From Bacteroidaceae bacterium (GTDB lineage Bacteria > Bacteroidota > Bacteroidia > Bacteroidales > Bacteroidaceae): a stretch of 64,000 bases of DNA. This document shows, in pieces, positions 39,625 through 48,980 of the stretch. The notes under the pieces were generated by a model. It was not told the DNA's origin, made no database searches, and saw only the letters and a program-made list of their open reading frames with translations. The stretch's first letter is position 1; each line of letters starts with the position of its first letter. The DNA lies in assembly GCA_017447625.1 (NCBI GenBank), contig JAFSNB010000037.1:1630-65629 (forward strand), read 5' to 3'. Both the position numbers and the translations under genes were made by a program.

Positions 39625-39792
39625 TCCCCCGGCGGGGGATAAGGGGGAGAGACGAATTGCCCAAGCGAAGGCGAAAAAAAAGAAAAGAGAGATTTTCAGA
39701 GAAAAGATTTAAGCGGCCTGAGGGTTATTCGATTGACGATTAAACGATTAAAAATTATTCGGGATTTAAAGGCCGCAAAATAAGACTGCGTG

Positions 39793-42282
39793 ATGAGAAA
39801 AATTATAACAATATTCGTGTTTATTGTGCTGGCAGCCGGAGCAGTGGTGCGTGCGGCCGACGGGTTCGTGACCTTTGCACCGCGGGCAGATGCGCTGCCG
39901 CTGAAGGGCGCCACCATAGGTTACAGCGAACAGGACTACGAGGGCGTGAAGATTGCCATTCGCAGTCTGCAAGCGGATTTCGAGCGTGTGCTGGGTGAGC
40001 GCCCAAACACCGTGACGGCTGACTCACCGGCTGGCAAACCGACAATCCTGATAGGGACGCTCGGCAAGAACAAGGATATCGACCGTCTGAAACTGGCAGA
40101 CCTGAAAGGTAAGTGCGAGAAATTCGTCATCACCACAGTGGGCAGTCAGCTGGTGATTGCGGGCAGCGACCGCCGCGGCACCATCTACGGCATCTACGAG
40201 CTGAGCCGTCAGATGGGTGTCTCGCCCTGGTATTGGTGGGCAGACGTGCCTGTGGAAAGGCGCGAGAACGCATATATTATAAAAGGTACATACACGGACG
40301 GCGAACCGGCTGTGCACTGGCGCGGACTTTTCCTCAACGACGAGGCTCCCTGTCTGACGTCGTGGGTGAAAAACACCTTCGGCACAGGCTATGGCGACCA
40401 CCGCTTCTACGAGAAGGTATTTGAGCTCATACTCCGTCTGCGCGGCAACTTTCTCTGGCCCGCGATGTGGGGCTGGGCCTTCTATGCCGACGACCCGCAG
40501 AACTCTGCTACGGCTGACGCGATGGGTGTTATCATCGGAACGAGCCACCACGAGCCGATGGCACGTAACCACCAGGAGTGGGCCCGCAACCGCAGGCAGA
40601 ACGGCGCTTGGAACTACCAGACGAACCAGAAGGTGCTGGATCAGTTCTTCCGCGAGGGCATAGAACGCATGAAAGGAACCGAGGACATCGTGACCATAGG
40701 TATGCGCGGCGACGGTGACGAAGCTATGAGTGAAGAGGCCGACACTAAACTCTTGGAGACGATAGTCAAGAACCAGCGCAAGATCATAGAGAAGGTGACG
40801 GGCCGCCCCGCACGTGAAACACCTCAGGTCTGGGCCTTGTACAAGGAGGTGCTGGACTATTACGACAAAGGGATGCGGGTGCCGGATGACGTGACCATTC
40901 TGCTCTGTGACGACAACTGGGGCAATGTGCGTAGGGTGCCGACCACAGAGAAGGAACGCAAGCGTGCAGGAGGCTGGGGACTCTATTACCACGTGGATTA
41001 CGTGGGGGCTCCCCGCAACTCCAAATGGCTGAACGTAACGCCCTCGCAGAACATGTGGGAGCAGCTCACACTGGCTTACGAGTACGGGCTGGACCGCCTA
41101 TGGATTCTTAATGTAGGCGACCTGAAACCGATGGAATATCCGATAACACTGTTTATGGATATGGCGTGGGCGCCACGTTCTGTAACCCGCGACGTCGTGG
41201 GAACACACACGCTGCCCTTCTGCGCTCAGCAGTTCGGCGACGACGAAGCAGCCGAGGCCGCAGAGATTCTGAACCGTGCCTGCAAGATGAACGGACGCTG
41301 CACGCCGGAGATGCTCGATGCCCGCACGTATAACGTGGAGACGGGCGAGTGGCGGCAGGTGGCTGACGAGTATATGCGTCTCGAAGCAGAGGCGTTGAGG
41401 CAGTTTGTGCGTCTCCGTCCGGAATACCGCGATGCCTATCAGGAGCTGATTCTGTTCCCCGTGCAGGCTATGGGCAACTTGCATCAGATGTACTACGCTC
41501 AGGCAATGAACCACCATCTGGCCAAGCTCGGAGACCCCGAGGCCGACGTGTGGGCATTGCGTGTGCAGAAGGCTTTCCGCCGCGACTCGCTGCTTTGCGC
41601 AGCCTATAACCACGACATCGCTGGCGGCAAATGGAACGGGATGATGACGCAGAAGCATATTGGTTACACCTCGTGGAACGACAACTTCCCAGCCGACCGT
41701 ATGCCGCAGACGCGCACAGTGGATTCGCAGTCGGGTGCCGGCGGCTTCACGTTCAAGGGCCACGACGGATATGTGGCAATCGAGGCAGAGCATTTTTATT
41801 CAGCCACAGCCTCTGAAGGTACGGAGTGGACTGTGCTGCCTCATTTCGGACGCACACGCAGCGCCATGACTCTATGGCCTTACACGAAGCCCACCACGGG
41901 CGCCTCAATCAGCTACCGCTTCTCGCTCGACGGCGCAAAGGCTGAGAGCGTCAAGGTGCACGTGATAACGAAATCCACACTGGACTTCCTGAACAACGGC
42001 GGTCACGTGTTCACGGTCTCACTGGACGGCTGCGAGCCGCAGAGCGTCAACTTCAACTCCCGCCTGAACGAGAAGCCCGAGAATATCTACAGCGTCTTCT
42101 ATCCCACCGTGGCGCGCCGCGTCGTTGAGTCCGTGGTGACTCTCCCGCTCGGCGACAGCGACCTGCACACACTGACGATTGCACCGCAGTCGCCCGCCAT
42201 AGTGATAGAGAAGATAGTTATAGATGCGGGCGGCTACCAACCACAATATCTGTTCGGAAAGGAATCTGAACGCACGGATTAA
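39793..42282 (+). CDS. GH115 xylan alpha-glucuronidase
   Basis: GSDRRGTIYGIYELSRQMGVSPWYWWADVP and the overall roughly 830-aa architecture are typical of GH115. Confidence 0.85.
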   Translation: MRKIITIFVFIVLAAGAVVRAADGFVTFAPRADALPLKGATIGYSEQDYEGVKIAIRSLQADFERVLGERPNTVTADSPAGKPTILIGTLGKNKDIDRLKLADLKGKCEKFVITTVGSQLVIAGSDRRGTIYGIYELSRQMGVSPWYWWADVPVERRENAYIIKGTYTDGEPAVHWRGLFLNDEAPCLTSWVKNTFGTGYGDHRFYEKVFELILRLRGNFLWPAMWGWAFYADDPQNSATADAMGVIIGTSHHEPMARNHQEWARNRRQNGAWNYQTNQKVLDQFFREGIERMKGTEDIVTIGMRGDGDEAMSEEADTKLLETIVKNQRKIIEKVTGRPARETPQVWALYKEVLDYYDKGMRVPDDVTILLCDDNWGNVRRVPTTEKERKRAGGWGLYYHVDYVGAPRNSKWLNVTPSQNMWEQLTLAYEYGLDRLWILNVGDLKPMEYPITLFMDMAWAPRSVTRDVVGTHTLPFCAQQFGDDEAAEAAEILNRACKMNGRCTPEMLDARTYNVETGEWRQVADEYMRLEAEALRQFVRLRPEYRDAYQELILFPVQAMGNLHQMYYAQAMNHHLAKLGDPEADVWALRVQKAFRRDSLLCAAYNHDIAGGKWNGMMTQKHIGYTSWNDNFPADRMPQTRTVDSQSGAGGFTFKGHDGYVAIEAEHFYSATASEGTEWTVLPHFGRTRSAMTLWPYTKPTTGASISYRFSLDGAKAESVKVHVITKSTLDFLNNGGHVFTVSLDGCEPQSVNFNSRLNEKPENIYSVFYPTVARRVVESVVTLPLGDSDLHTLTIAPQSPAIVIEKIVIDAGGYQPQYLFGKESERTD

Positions 42283-42525
42283 ACTCTGAAACGAATATGA
42301 ATAATTAGAATAATTTTTCTCACGAATAAGAATAATAAATTATAACTATTAGTGGATTTAATTATTCATATTATTCACATTAATTTCGATAACATAACGA
42401 AAACAATAAGCAACAATAAACAATAATTAAGACCAACAATAACAAAAAATATTATTCCCTATTCTTGGATTGAATTTTTGCGTATTCTTGCCAATTCTTT
42501 TCCAAAATCTAAAACATCGCGCGAG

Positions 42526-42570
42526 CTATAAATCCTTAAATGTAAAAACATTAATTCTTTAAATATTTTT
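42526..42570 (+). promoter_or_regulatory. Shared AT-rich leader motif (copy 3 of 3)
   Basis: CTATAAATCCTTAAATGTAAAAACATTAATTCTTTAAATATTTTT-ATG, preceded by CATCGCGCGAGC. Confidence 0.35.
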
Positions 42571-43740
42571 ATGAAGAAAATAGCATTGATGTTATTCGCC
42601 TGTGCTCTTTTTGCTACAGGCAAGGTAAGTGCCCAGCCGCGCTGGGTAGGCACGTGGGCTACTGCTCCCGAATACACCGGTGACGGGGATATGCCTCGCA
42701 CCACGAACCTGACAGACTGCTCGCTGAGGCAGATTGTGCGTGTATCTCTTGGCGGCGACAAACTGAGGATGCAACTCTCCAACGAGTTCAGTGATGAACC
42801 AGTGGAGATTAAGGCTGTGTATATCGCAGACGCCCTCGACTCATGTGACATCCAGACTAAGACTGCCCGCTACCTGACGTTTGGCGGTAAGAAGAACGTG
42901 ACTATTGCTGCAAAGCAGGCTCTCTTCTCCGACGAAATGGCCTACAACCTGCGCCCGCTGCAGCGCCTCTCTGTCACTGTGGTTTATGGCAAGACGCCTA
43001 AACACGCTACGTCACATCGCGGCTCACGCACCACCTCGTACATCATGAACGGGGTGTCCAAACCCAACAAACCCTTTGTAACGACGGAGCGTCTGGACCA
43101 CTGGTATAACATCGCCGCCATTGACATTCAGTCGGAAACAAAACAGGCTATTGCCATACTCGGAAACAGCATCACCGACGGGCGCGGCAGTACAACCAAC
43201 GCCCAGAACCGCTGGCCGGACTTCTTGGCAACAGCCCTGGGCGGAACTAAGGGCGTGCTGAATCTCGGCATCGGAGGCAACTGCATAGTGCGTGGCGGTC
43301 TGAGCCAGCCCGGACGCGAACGTTTCGACCGCGACATTCTCGGACAGCGCGGTGTCAGCACAGTTGTCATCTTCGAGGGCGTGAATGACATCGGGGGCAG
43401 CAAAAAGAACTACGAGGAGGTGGCTGAGGTGCTCATACACACCTACAAGGAACTGGCGGCCAAAGCACATAAGGCCGGTCTGAAGGTCTATGGAGCCACA
43501 ATCACTCCGTTTGGCAAGAGCTTCTATTGGGACTACTACCACGAGGCTGTCCGAATGACAGTGAACGAGTGGATTCGCAAGACGGATGCCTTTGATGCAG
43601 TAATAGACTTCGACTTAATAGTCCGTGACCCGGAGAATCCCAGTCAGCTGTTGGAGGAGTTTTCCGACGACTGGCTACATCTGAATCCCAACGGCTACGC
43701 TAAAATGGGTGAGTACGCTACAAGCTTCTTAAAGAAATAG
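42571..43740 (+). CDS. SGNH/GDSL-family hydrolase (probable carbohydrate esterase)
   Basis: Signal peptide, block I ILGNSITDG and block V DWLHLNPNGY. Confidence 0.8.
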   Translation: MKKIALMLFACALFATGKVSAQPRWVGTWATAPEYTGDGDMPRTTNLTDCSLRQIVRVSLGGDKLRMQLSNEFSDEPVEIKAVYIADALDSCDIQTKTARYLTFGGKKNVTIAAKQALFSDEMAYNLRPLQRLSVTVVYGKTPKHATSHRGSRTTSYIMNGVSKPNKPFVTTERLDHWYNIAAIDIQSETKQAIAILGNSITDGRGSTTNAQNRWPDFLATALGGTKGVLNLGIGGNCIVRGGLSQPGRERFDRDILGQRGVSTVVIFEGVNDIGGSKKNYEEVAEVLIHTYKELAAKAHKAGLKVYGATITPFGKSFYWDYYHEAVRMTVNEWIRKTDAFDAVIDFDLIVRDPENPSQLLEEFSDDWLHLNPNGYAKMGEYATSFLKK

Positions 43741-43823
43741 GACAAAAGTATCCATTTAGCGTACAAAATAGACTTAATAGAAGAAAATCTTGAGAAAAAG
43801 GAATCGTTTATCAGACTATTGTT

Positions 43824-43831
43824 TATCTTTG
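43824..43831 (+). promoter_or_regulatory. Bacteroidota -7 promoter box TATCTTTG
   Basis: Matches TAnnTTTG 19 nt upstream of the ATG at 43850. Confidence 0.5.
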
Positions 43832-43849
43832 CAGCGTAAAACTGATAGA

Positions 43850-46564
43850 ATGAAACGATTCCTACTATTTTCATACGCAATATTCTGCACTTTAATATCC
43901 TCTGCTCAAGCCCTCTTCTTTGGGCCTGAGCGACTCAGCAGTACTCTTATCACATCTGTCGTGCAGTCCAGCGACGGACTCATCTGGGTCGGAACATCCA
44001 ACGGGCTCAGCCGGTTCGACGGATACCGCTTCACGCAGACCAACGCTTTTGACGAACTCGGACGTCCGTTTGAGGTGTCTGAGCTCTTCTCAGACCAAAG
44101 CGGAAACCTCTGGGTCGGTACAGCCCGCGCCCTGTTGCTTCACGACCACGCTACAGACCAGATGTTGCCCGTAGCCTTCCCCGACAGTATTGAACCGCGA
44201 ATCACAAAACTCTCTTCCACCTCTGACGGGAAACTTCTGGTCGGAACGGCTGGCTATGGCTATTTCATCGTAGATCCCGCTACTCTGCAGGCGCAGCCGC
44301 GCAACGGAGCTATACCAAGCGGCGAGGAGGCCTTTATCAAAGACCAGAAAGTGCAGCCGCGACTGTTCGCTATGGCGCCTGAAGGAGTGCAGCTCACCTG
44401 CTCAGTTCAGGACAACTCCGGAAACATATATATAGGTACGCGTGGAAGCGGCCTCTTCTGGATTCCGGCCGGTATGTCCGAAATGCAGCGGAAACAGGTG
44501 TTCGTGAGCGGCATAGATCTGGACAGGGCTCGCATAGAGACTCTGTTTATAGACCGTCTGGGCAACCTCTGGGTTGGGTGTCAGCAGAAAGGACTCCTGA
44601 TGATTCCGCTCCACCGGATGCCGCTGTTCAACACGTGGAGCTTCTCGGAGCAGAAGCAAGAGCTGGGAACGTGCGTCTCTGCAATAGCCTCCCGTGCGGC
44701 AAATGGCAATCAGGCTGCGACCCAAATAATCTGGTGTGCCGTTCAGGGCGACGGGATTTACGGGTTCGACGAGAACGGAAAGATTGTGGCTCACCCCGCG
44801 TCTCCCACCGACGTGGAGACTCTGGCCTGCGATTCCGACGGAAACTTCTGGCTCGGCACGAACGGCAGTCTCTGGAGCTACGACCCCGAAAGCGGACAAG
44901 CACGCTTCAAGGCCCGTCTTGGAGGCGAGCGTGTGAACGTCATCAGGGAGATTGACAAAGAGCGACTGGCGGTGTCGGTGTTCGGCGAGGGCCTGTTTAT
45001 TGTGGAAAAGGCTTCAGGTACTGTGCTGCGCCATCTGTCTATGAACTCAACGGACACCGTAGGCCGAGGACGTCTTGCCAACGACTGGATATTCTGTCTT
45101 GACACCGATTCTCGCGGATGTCTGTGGATAGCCACCTCAGCAGGTGTTTGCTGCTATGATGTCAAGAGCGGGTCGTTCAAGTCCAAAGGCTGGTCTGTGC
45201 TGGTGGAAAACGAACAGTGTGAGGCTCTGTGTGTGACAGCGTCTGACGAGGTGTTCATTGCCAGCGAGCGCGGACTTATGCGCTGGAACTCTGAGCAGGG
45301 ACTGCAGCCGGAAAAAGGCTCCGACCTGTTACGCGGTAAGGGTGTTGCGTTTATGGCGGAGGACAGCGAGGGCGACCTGTGGCTAAGTACGAACGAAGGC
45401 ATCTGGCTGTGGAATCCAGAGGAAAAGATATTTGTGGAATATGTCGGAGCGTTCGGACTGAAAGAGCGCGAGTTCGTTCAGGGAGCGGGCTTGCAGACTC
45501 CCGACGGGAGAATCTATTTCGGCACATCCGACGGCATAACGTCCTTCTCGCCCGAAAAGTTGCGAAACCAGGTGCGTGAGACATCGACCGTGCATCTGAC
45601 ATCGTTTGTTATTGCAGGCGAGACAGCTAACGCACAGACACGCAGCAACGGGAAACTGGTTATGGACGGTCCCGTGTCCGAATGTCACCGATTCAACCTC
45701 AGTTATGTCGATGCGGTATTCAGACTGGAATTCTCGTTGTTGGACTTCGCCACCGCCGAGGGAGTCTCATTCGAGTACCGCATGAACGGCGAGAACGTAT
45801 GGCAGCAGACAGCCCAGGGAGAGAACTCCATCACATTCAGTCATCTGGCTCCCGGAACATATAATCTGGAGGTGCGGGCCATTGCCGGTGGTGTCTATAC
45901 TCCGTCGGAGACGTGGGTTATAGAGGTACGTCCACCCTGGTGGCGAACCACCTTTGCCCATTGCCTTTACGCCCTCTTGTTTATCGCTGGCGCAATCGCA
46001 GTGGCTGTGGCTTACAGACGATATATCCAACACCAGTTAGACAGGGAGAAACTCCACTTCCTGATGAGCGCCATAAACACCAAGGACACCCCGCTGACGC
46101 TGGACGACATGAAGCGCGCCATAAACAGTTTTGTGCAGAGCCGTAAACGCCAGCGCAGCATCTACGGCAACAGCGCCGAGATGGCAGACCAGATGGATAT
46201 GCTGACCGTACAGGGTAACGACGAGGCACTCATGGAGCGGGTGGTGCAGAGCGTAAACCGCCATCTGGGCGACAGCGATTTCAGCGTTGAACAGTTGTGT
46301 GAAGAGGCTGCCATCAGTCGCGCTCATCTGCATCGCAAGATGAAAGAGATGACGGGTTTGTCCGTTACCGAGTTCATACGTAACATACGCATGGAGCAGG
46401 CTGCACGCCTCCTGCGTGAACAGAAACTGAATATAACGCAGGTGGCCTACACCGTGGGCTTCTCCAATCTGGGATATTTCTCAACCATCTTTCGCAAACA
46501 TTTCGGCGTCTCGCCGCGCAGCTTTGTCAGCGACGCCCCCCTGCCCCCGGAGGGGGAAGATTAG
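43850..46564 (+). CDS. Transmembrane sensor-regulator: periplasmic beta-propeller/Y_Y_Y sensor, single TM helix and cytoplasmic AraC HTH; no histidine kinase or receiver domains
   Basis: Repeated propeller motifs (LWVGT, IWVGTSNGL). TM helix FAHCLYALLFIAGAIAVAVAY. About 90 aa later comes a canonical AraC HTH (EEAAISRAHLHRKMKE...VGFSNLGYFSTIFRKHFGVSP). No H-box, ATP-lid or receiver-domain motifs were seen. Confidence 0.8.
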   Translation: MKRFLLFSYAIFCTLISSAQALFFGPERLSSTLITSVVQSSDGLIWVGTSNGLSRFDGYRFTQTNAFDELGRPFEVSELFSDQSGNLWVGTARALLLHDHATDQMLPVAFPDSIEPRITKLSSTSDGKLLVGTAGYGYFIVDPATLQAQPRNGAIPSGEEAFIKDQKVQPRLFAMAPEGVQLTCSVQDNSGNIYIGTRGSGLFWIPAGMSEMQRKQVFVSGIDLDRARIETLFIDRLGNLWVGCQQKGLLMIPLHRMPLFNTWSFSEQKQELGTCVSAIASRAANGNQAATQIIWCAVQGDGIYGFDENGKIVAHPASPTDVETLACDSDGNFWLGTNGSLWSYDPESGQARFKARLGGERVNVIREIDKERLAVSVFGEGLFIVEKASGTVLRHLSMNSTDTVGRGRLANDWIFCLDTDSRGCLWIATSAGVCCYDVKSGSFKSKGWSVLVENEQCEALCVTASDEVFIASERGLMRWNSEQGLQPEKGSDLLRGKGVAFMAEDSEGDLWLSTNEGIWLWNPEEKIFVEYVGAFGLKEREFVQGAGLQTPDGRIYFGTSDGITSFSPEKLRNQVRETSTVHLTSFVIAGETANAQTRSNGKLVMDGPVSECHRFNLSYVDAVFRLEFSLLDFATAEGVSFEYRMNGENVWQQTAQGENSITFSHLAPGTYNLEVRAIAGGVYTPSETWVIEVRPPWWRTTFAHCLYALLFIAGAIAVAVAYRRYIQHQLDREKLHFLMSAINTKDTPLTLDDMKRAINSFVQSRKRQRSIYGNSAEMADQMDMLTVQGNDEALMERVVQSVNRHLGDSDFSVEQLCEEAAISRAHLHRKMKEMTGLSVTEFIRNIRMEQAARLLREQKLNITQVAYTVGFSNLGYFSTIFRKHFGVSPRSFVSDAPLPPEGED

Positions 46565-46699
46565 TTTAAAGTTTAGAGTTTATAGTTTAGAGACAGTTTA
46601 AGAAGTTTAAGAGTTTAAGGTAAAATGTAAAATTCAGCCCGCAGGCCTCCCCTCCATTACGGGAGGGGTTGGGGGTGGGTCTTTAAATCAATAAATTCA

Positions 46700-48907
46700 A
46701 TGAATAAAATTAAGTTCTTTCTTATCGCCGCAGCCTTCCTTGTGTCGGTTTTCTCTTACGCAGAAAGCGTGAAGTTCGGCAAGGGTACACTCAATGTCAG
46801 ATATGTGGCACGAAATGCCGTGAGGATTCAGTATCAGGAGCAGGCTCCCAAGTGGGATTTGCCCGACTGGATTTATGTCAAGCAAGACGAAGTGTCCAAT
46901 CCGGACTTCAAGGTGGAGACAGATGTGAAGCGTCAGACCGTCAGCATCCGCAACAAAAAGGGTAAGGTGGTATTCAAGGCCACAGCTCATCAGCTCCGCC
47001 CGAACACATCCTTAAGTAACCTGTCTGCCTCCGAAGCCTCTCTGACCATCGCCTCTCCGAAAGATGAGTTCCTGTTCGGTCTCGGACAGTTTCAGGACGG
47101 ATACGCCAACGTGCGCGGTCTATCACGCCGTCTTACTCAGGTAAACACTCAGATTTCGATACCGATGCTGATTTCAAGCAAAGGCTACGGAATCCTGTGG
47201 AACAACTACGGTCTCACAAACTTCAACCCTTGCCGCCAGAGTCTCCAACTGGCCAAAGACAGCAGGGCAGGGGAGCGTGAAGTCGTTGATGTCACATCCA
47301 CCGAAGGCGGTAAGAAAGAGGTGCGCGAGCGCAATATATTCTACGGTGAACTGGATGTTCCGCAGACGGGCGACTACAGCCTGCTGCTCGATGTGGGACA
47401 GACTATGGCCCGACGTCATAACCTCACCATTGACGGTCAGACGGTGATAGAGATGCAGAACCTGTGGCTCCCGCCTACTGCCTCTGCTATCGTTCATTTG
47501 AAGAAAGGGCGTCACCGCATCTCTGCCGAACTGACAAATAACGACCGCCCGACTCTCTTCTATAATCTCGTGAAGGACGAGACCGTACTGCAATCGCCGG
47601 TGGCTGAGGCTGTTGATTATACTGTCTTCCTGGGTTCTCCCGACGAGATCATTGCCACATATCGCGACATCACTGGCAATTGTCCGCAGATGCCTACGTG
47701 GGCACTGGGATATATCCATTGCCGCGAGCGCTTCCACTCGTCCGAGGAAATACTGCAGACAGCCAACCGCTTCCGCAGTGAACAGATGCCTGTGAGTGTG
47801 CTTGTGCAGGACTGGCAGTATTGGGGCAAGCACGGCTGGAACGCTATGCGCTTTGACGAAGACCACTATCCCGACCCCAAGGCTCTGACCGACAGTCTTC
47901 ACAAGATGGATATCCGTCTTATGCTCTCTGTCTGGTCCAAGATTGACAAAAACTCCGAGGTAGGCCGTCAGATGCAGGCCGATGGCCACTATATCCCCGG
48001 TACCGACTGGATTGATTTCTTCAAGCCCGAGGCCGCAGCTGCCTACTGGAAAAACTTCTCCGAGCGTCTCGTTCCGCTTGGCATCGATGCGTGGTGGCAG
48101 GATGCTACAGAACCAGAGAACGATGACCTCGTGGGCCGTCGCGTGAACGGCGGACGCTGGGCTGGCGAGCAGGTGCGCAATGTCTATCCCCTGTTGGTCT
48201 GCAAGACAGTAAGTGAAGGAATTAGAAGTGAAAAATTAAATGGGAAAAGTGAATCTTCCTTCATCTTGACCCGTTGTGGTTTCCCCGGAATTCAGCGTTA
48301 CGGCATAGCCCTTTGGTCGGGCGATGTGGGTAACGACTGGGAGACCTTCCGCCGCCAGATTGTTGCCGGTTTGGGAATGCAGGCGGCTGGCATCCCTTGG
48401 TGGACCTACGATGCAGGCGGTTTCTTCCGTCCGGGCGACCAATATACCAATCAGGAGTATATCGAGCGTATGCTGCGCTGGATAGAGACTTCGGTCTATC
48501 TGCCTCTGATGCGCGTTCACGGATACATGAGCAACACCGAACCTTGGAACTACGGTGCCGAGGCCAAGAGGATTATATCCGAATGTCTCCGTGAGCGTTA
48601 CCGCCTGTTGCCATATATAGAGCGGTGTGCCAAGGATGTGGCTGAGAATGGCGGCACACTGATGCGTCCGCTGGTATTCGATTTCACCGATGACAAGGAG
48701 GCTCTACAGCAGAAATATGAGTATATGTTCGGGCCGGAACTGCTCATCTGCCCCATAACAGAGCCTGGAGTCGCCACTTGGCGCGTCTATCTGCCCCGTA
48801 ACGCCGCCGGTTGGACAGACACCCGCACCAACCGCCACTACGCCGGTGGACAGTACGTCGTCGTTCCAGTAACTATGGAGAAGATTCCCGTTTTTAAACG
48901 GAACTAA
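46700..48907 (+). CDS. GH31 glycoside hydrolase (alpha-xylosidase/alpha-glucosidase type)
   Basis: Signal peptide. The catalytic region includes IDAWWQDATEPEN and WSGDVGNDW. Confidence 0.85.
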   Translation: MNKIKFFLIAAAFLVSVFSYAESVKFGKGTLNVRYVARNAVRIQYQEQAPKWDLPDWIYVKQDEVSNPDFKVETDVKRQTVSIRNKKGKVVFKATAHQLRPNTSLSNLSASEASLTIASPKDEFLFGLGQFQDGYANVRGLSRRLTQVNTQISIPMLISSKGYGILWNNYGLTNFNPCRQSLQLAKDSRAGEREVVDVTSTEGGKKEVRERNIFYGELDVPQTGDYSLLLDVGQTMARRHNLTIDGQTVIEMQNLWLPPTASAIVHLKKGRHRISAELTNNDRPTLFYNLVKDETVLQSPVAEAVDYTVFLGSPDEIIATYRDITGNCPQMPTWALGYIHCRERFHSSEEILQTANRFRSEQMPVSVLVQDWQYWGKHGWNAMRFDEDHYPDPKALTDSLHKMDIRLMLSVWSKIDKNSEVGRQMQADGHYIPGTDWIDFFKPEAAAAYWKNFSERLVPLGIDAWWQDATEPENDDLVGRRVNGGRWAGEQVRNVYPLLVCKTVSEGIRSEKLNGKSESSFILTRCGFPGIQRYGIALWSGDVGNDWETFRRQIVAGLGMQAAGIPWWTYDAGGFFRPGDQYTNQEYIERMLRWIETSVYLPLMRVHGYMSNTEPWNYGAEAKRIISECLRERYRLLPYIERCAKDVAENGGTLMRPLVFDFTDDKEALQQKYEYMFGPELLICPITEPGVATWRVYLPRNAAGWTDTRTNRHYAGGQYVVVPVTMEKIPVFKRN

Positions 48908-48980
48908 GAATAAAACACAAGTCCACAGAATCCCCCTCCCAAGGGAGGGGATAGGGGTGGGCCCTCGTCTTTAAACGTTT

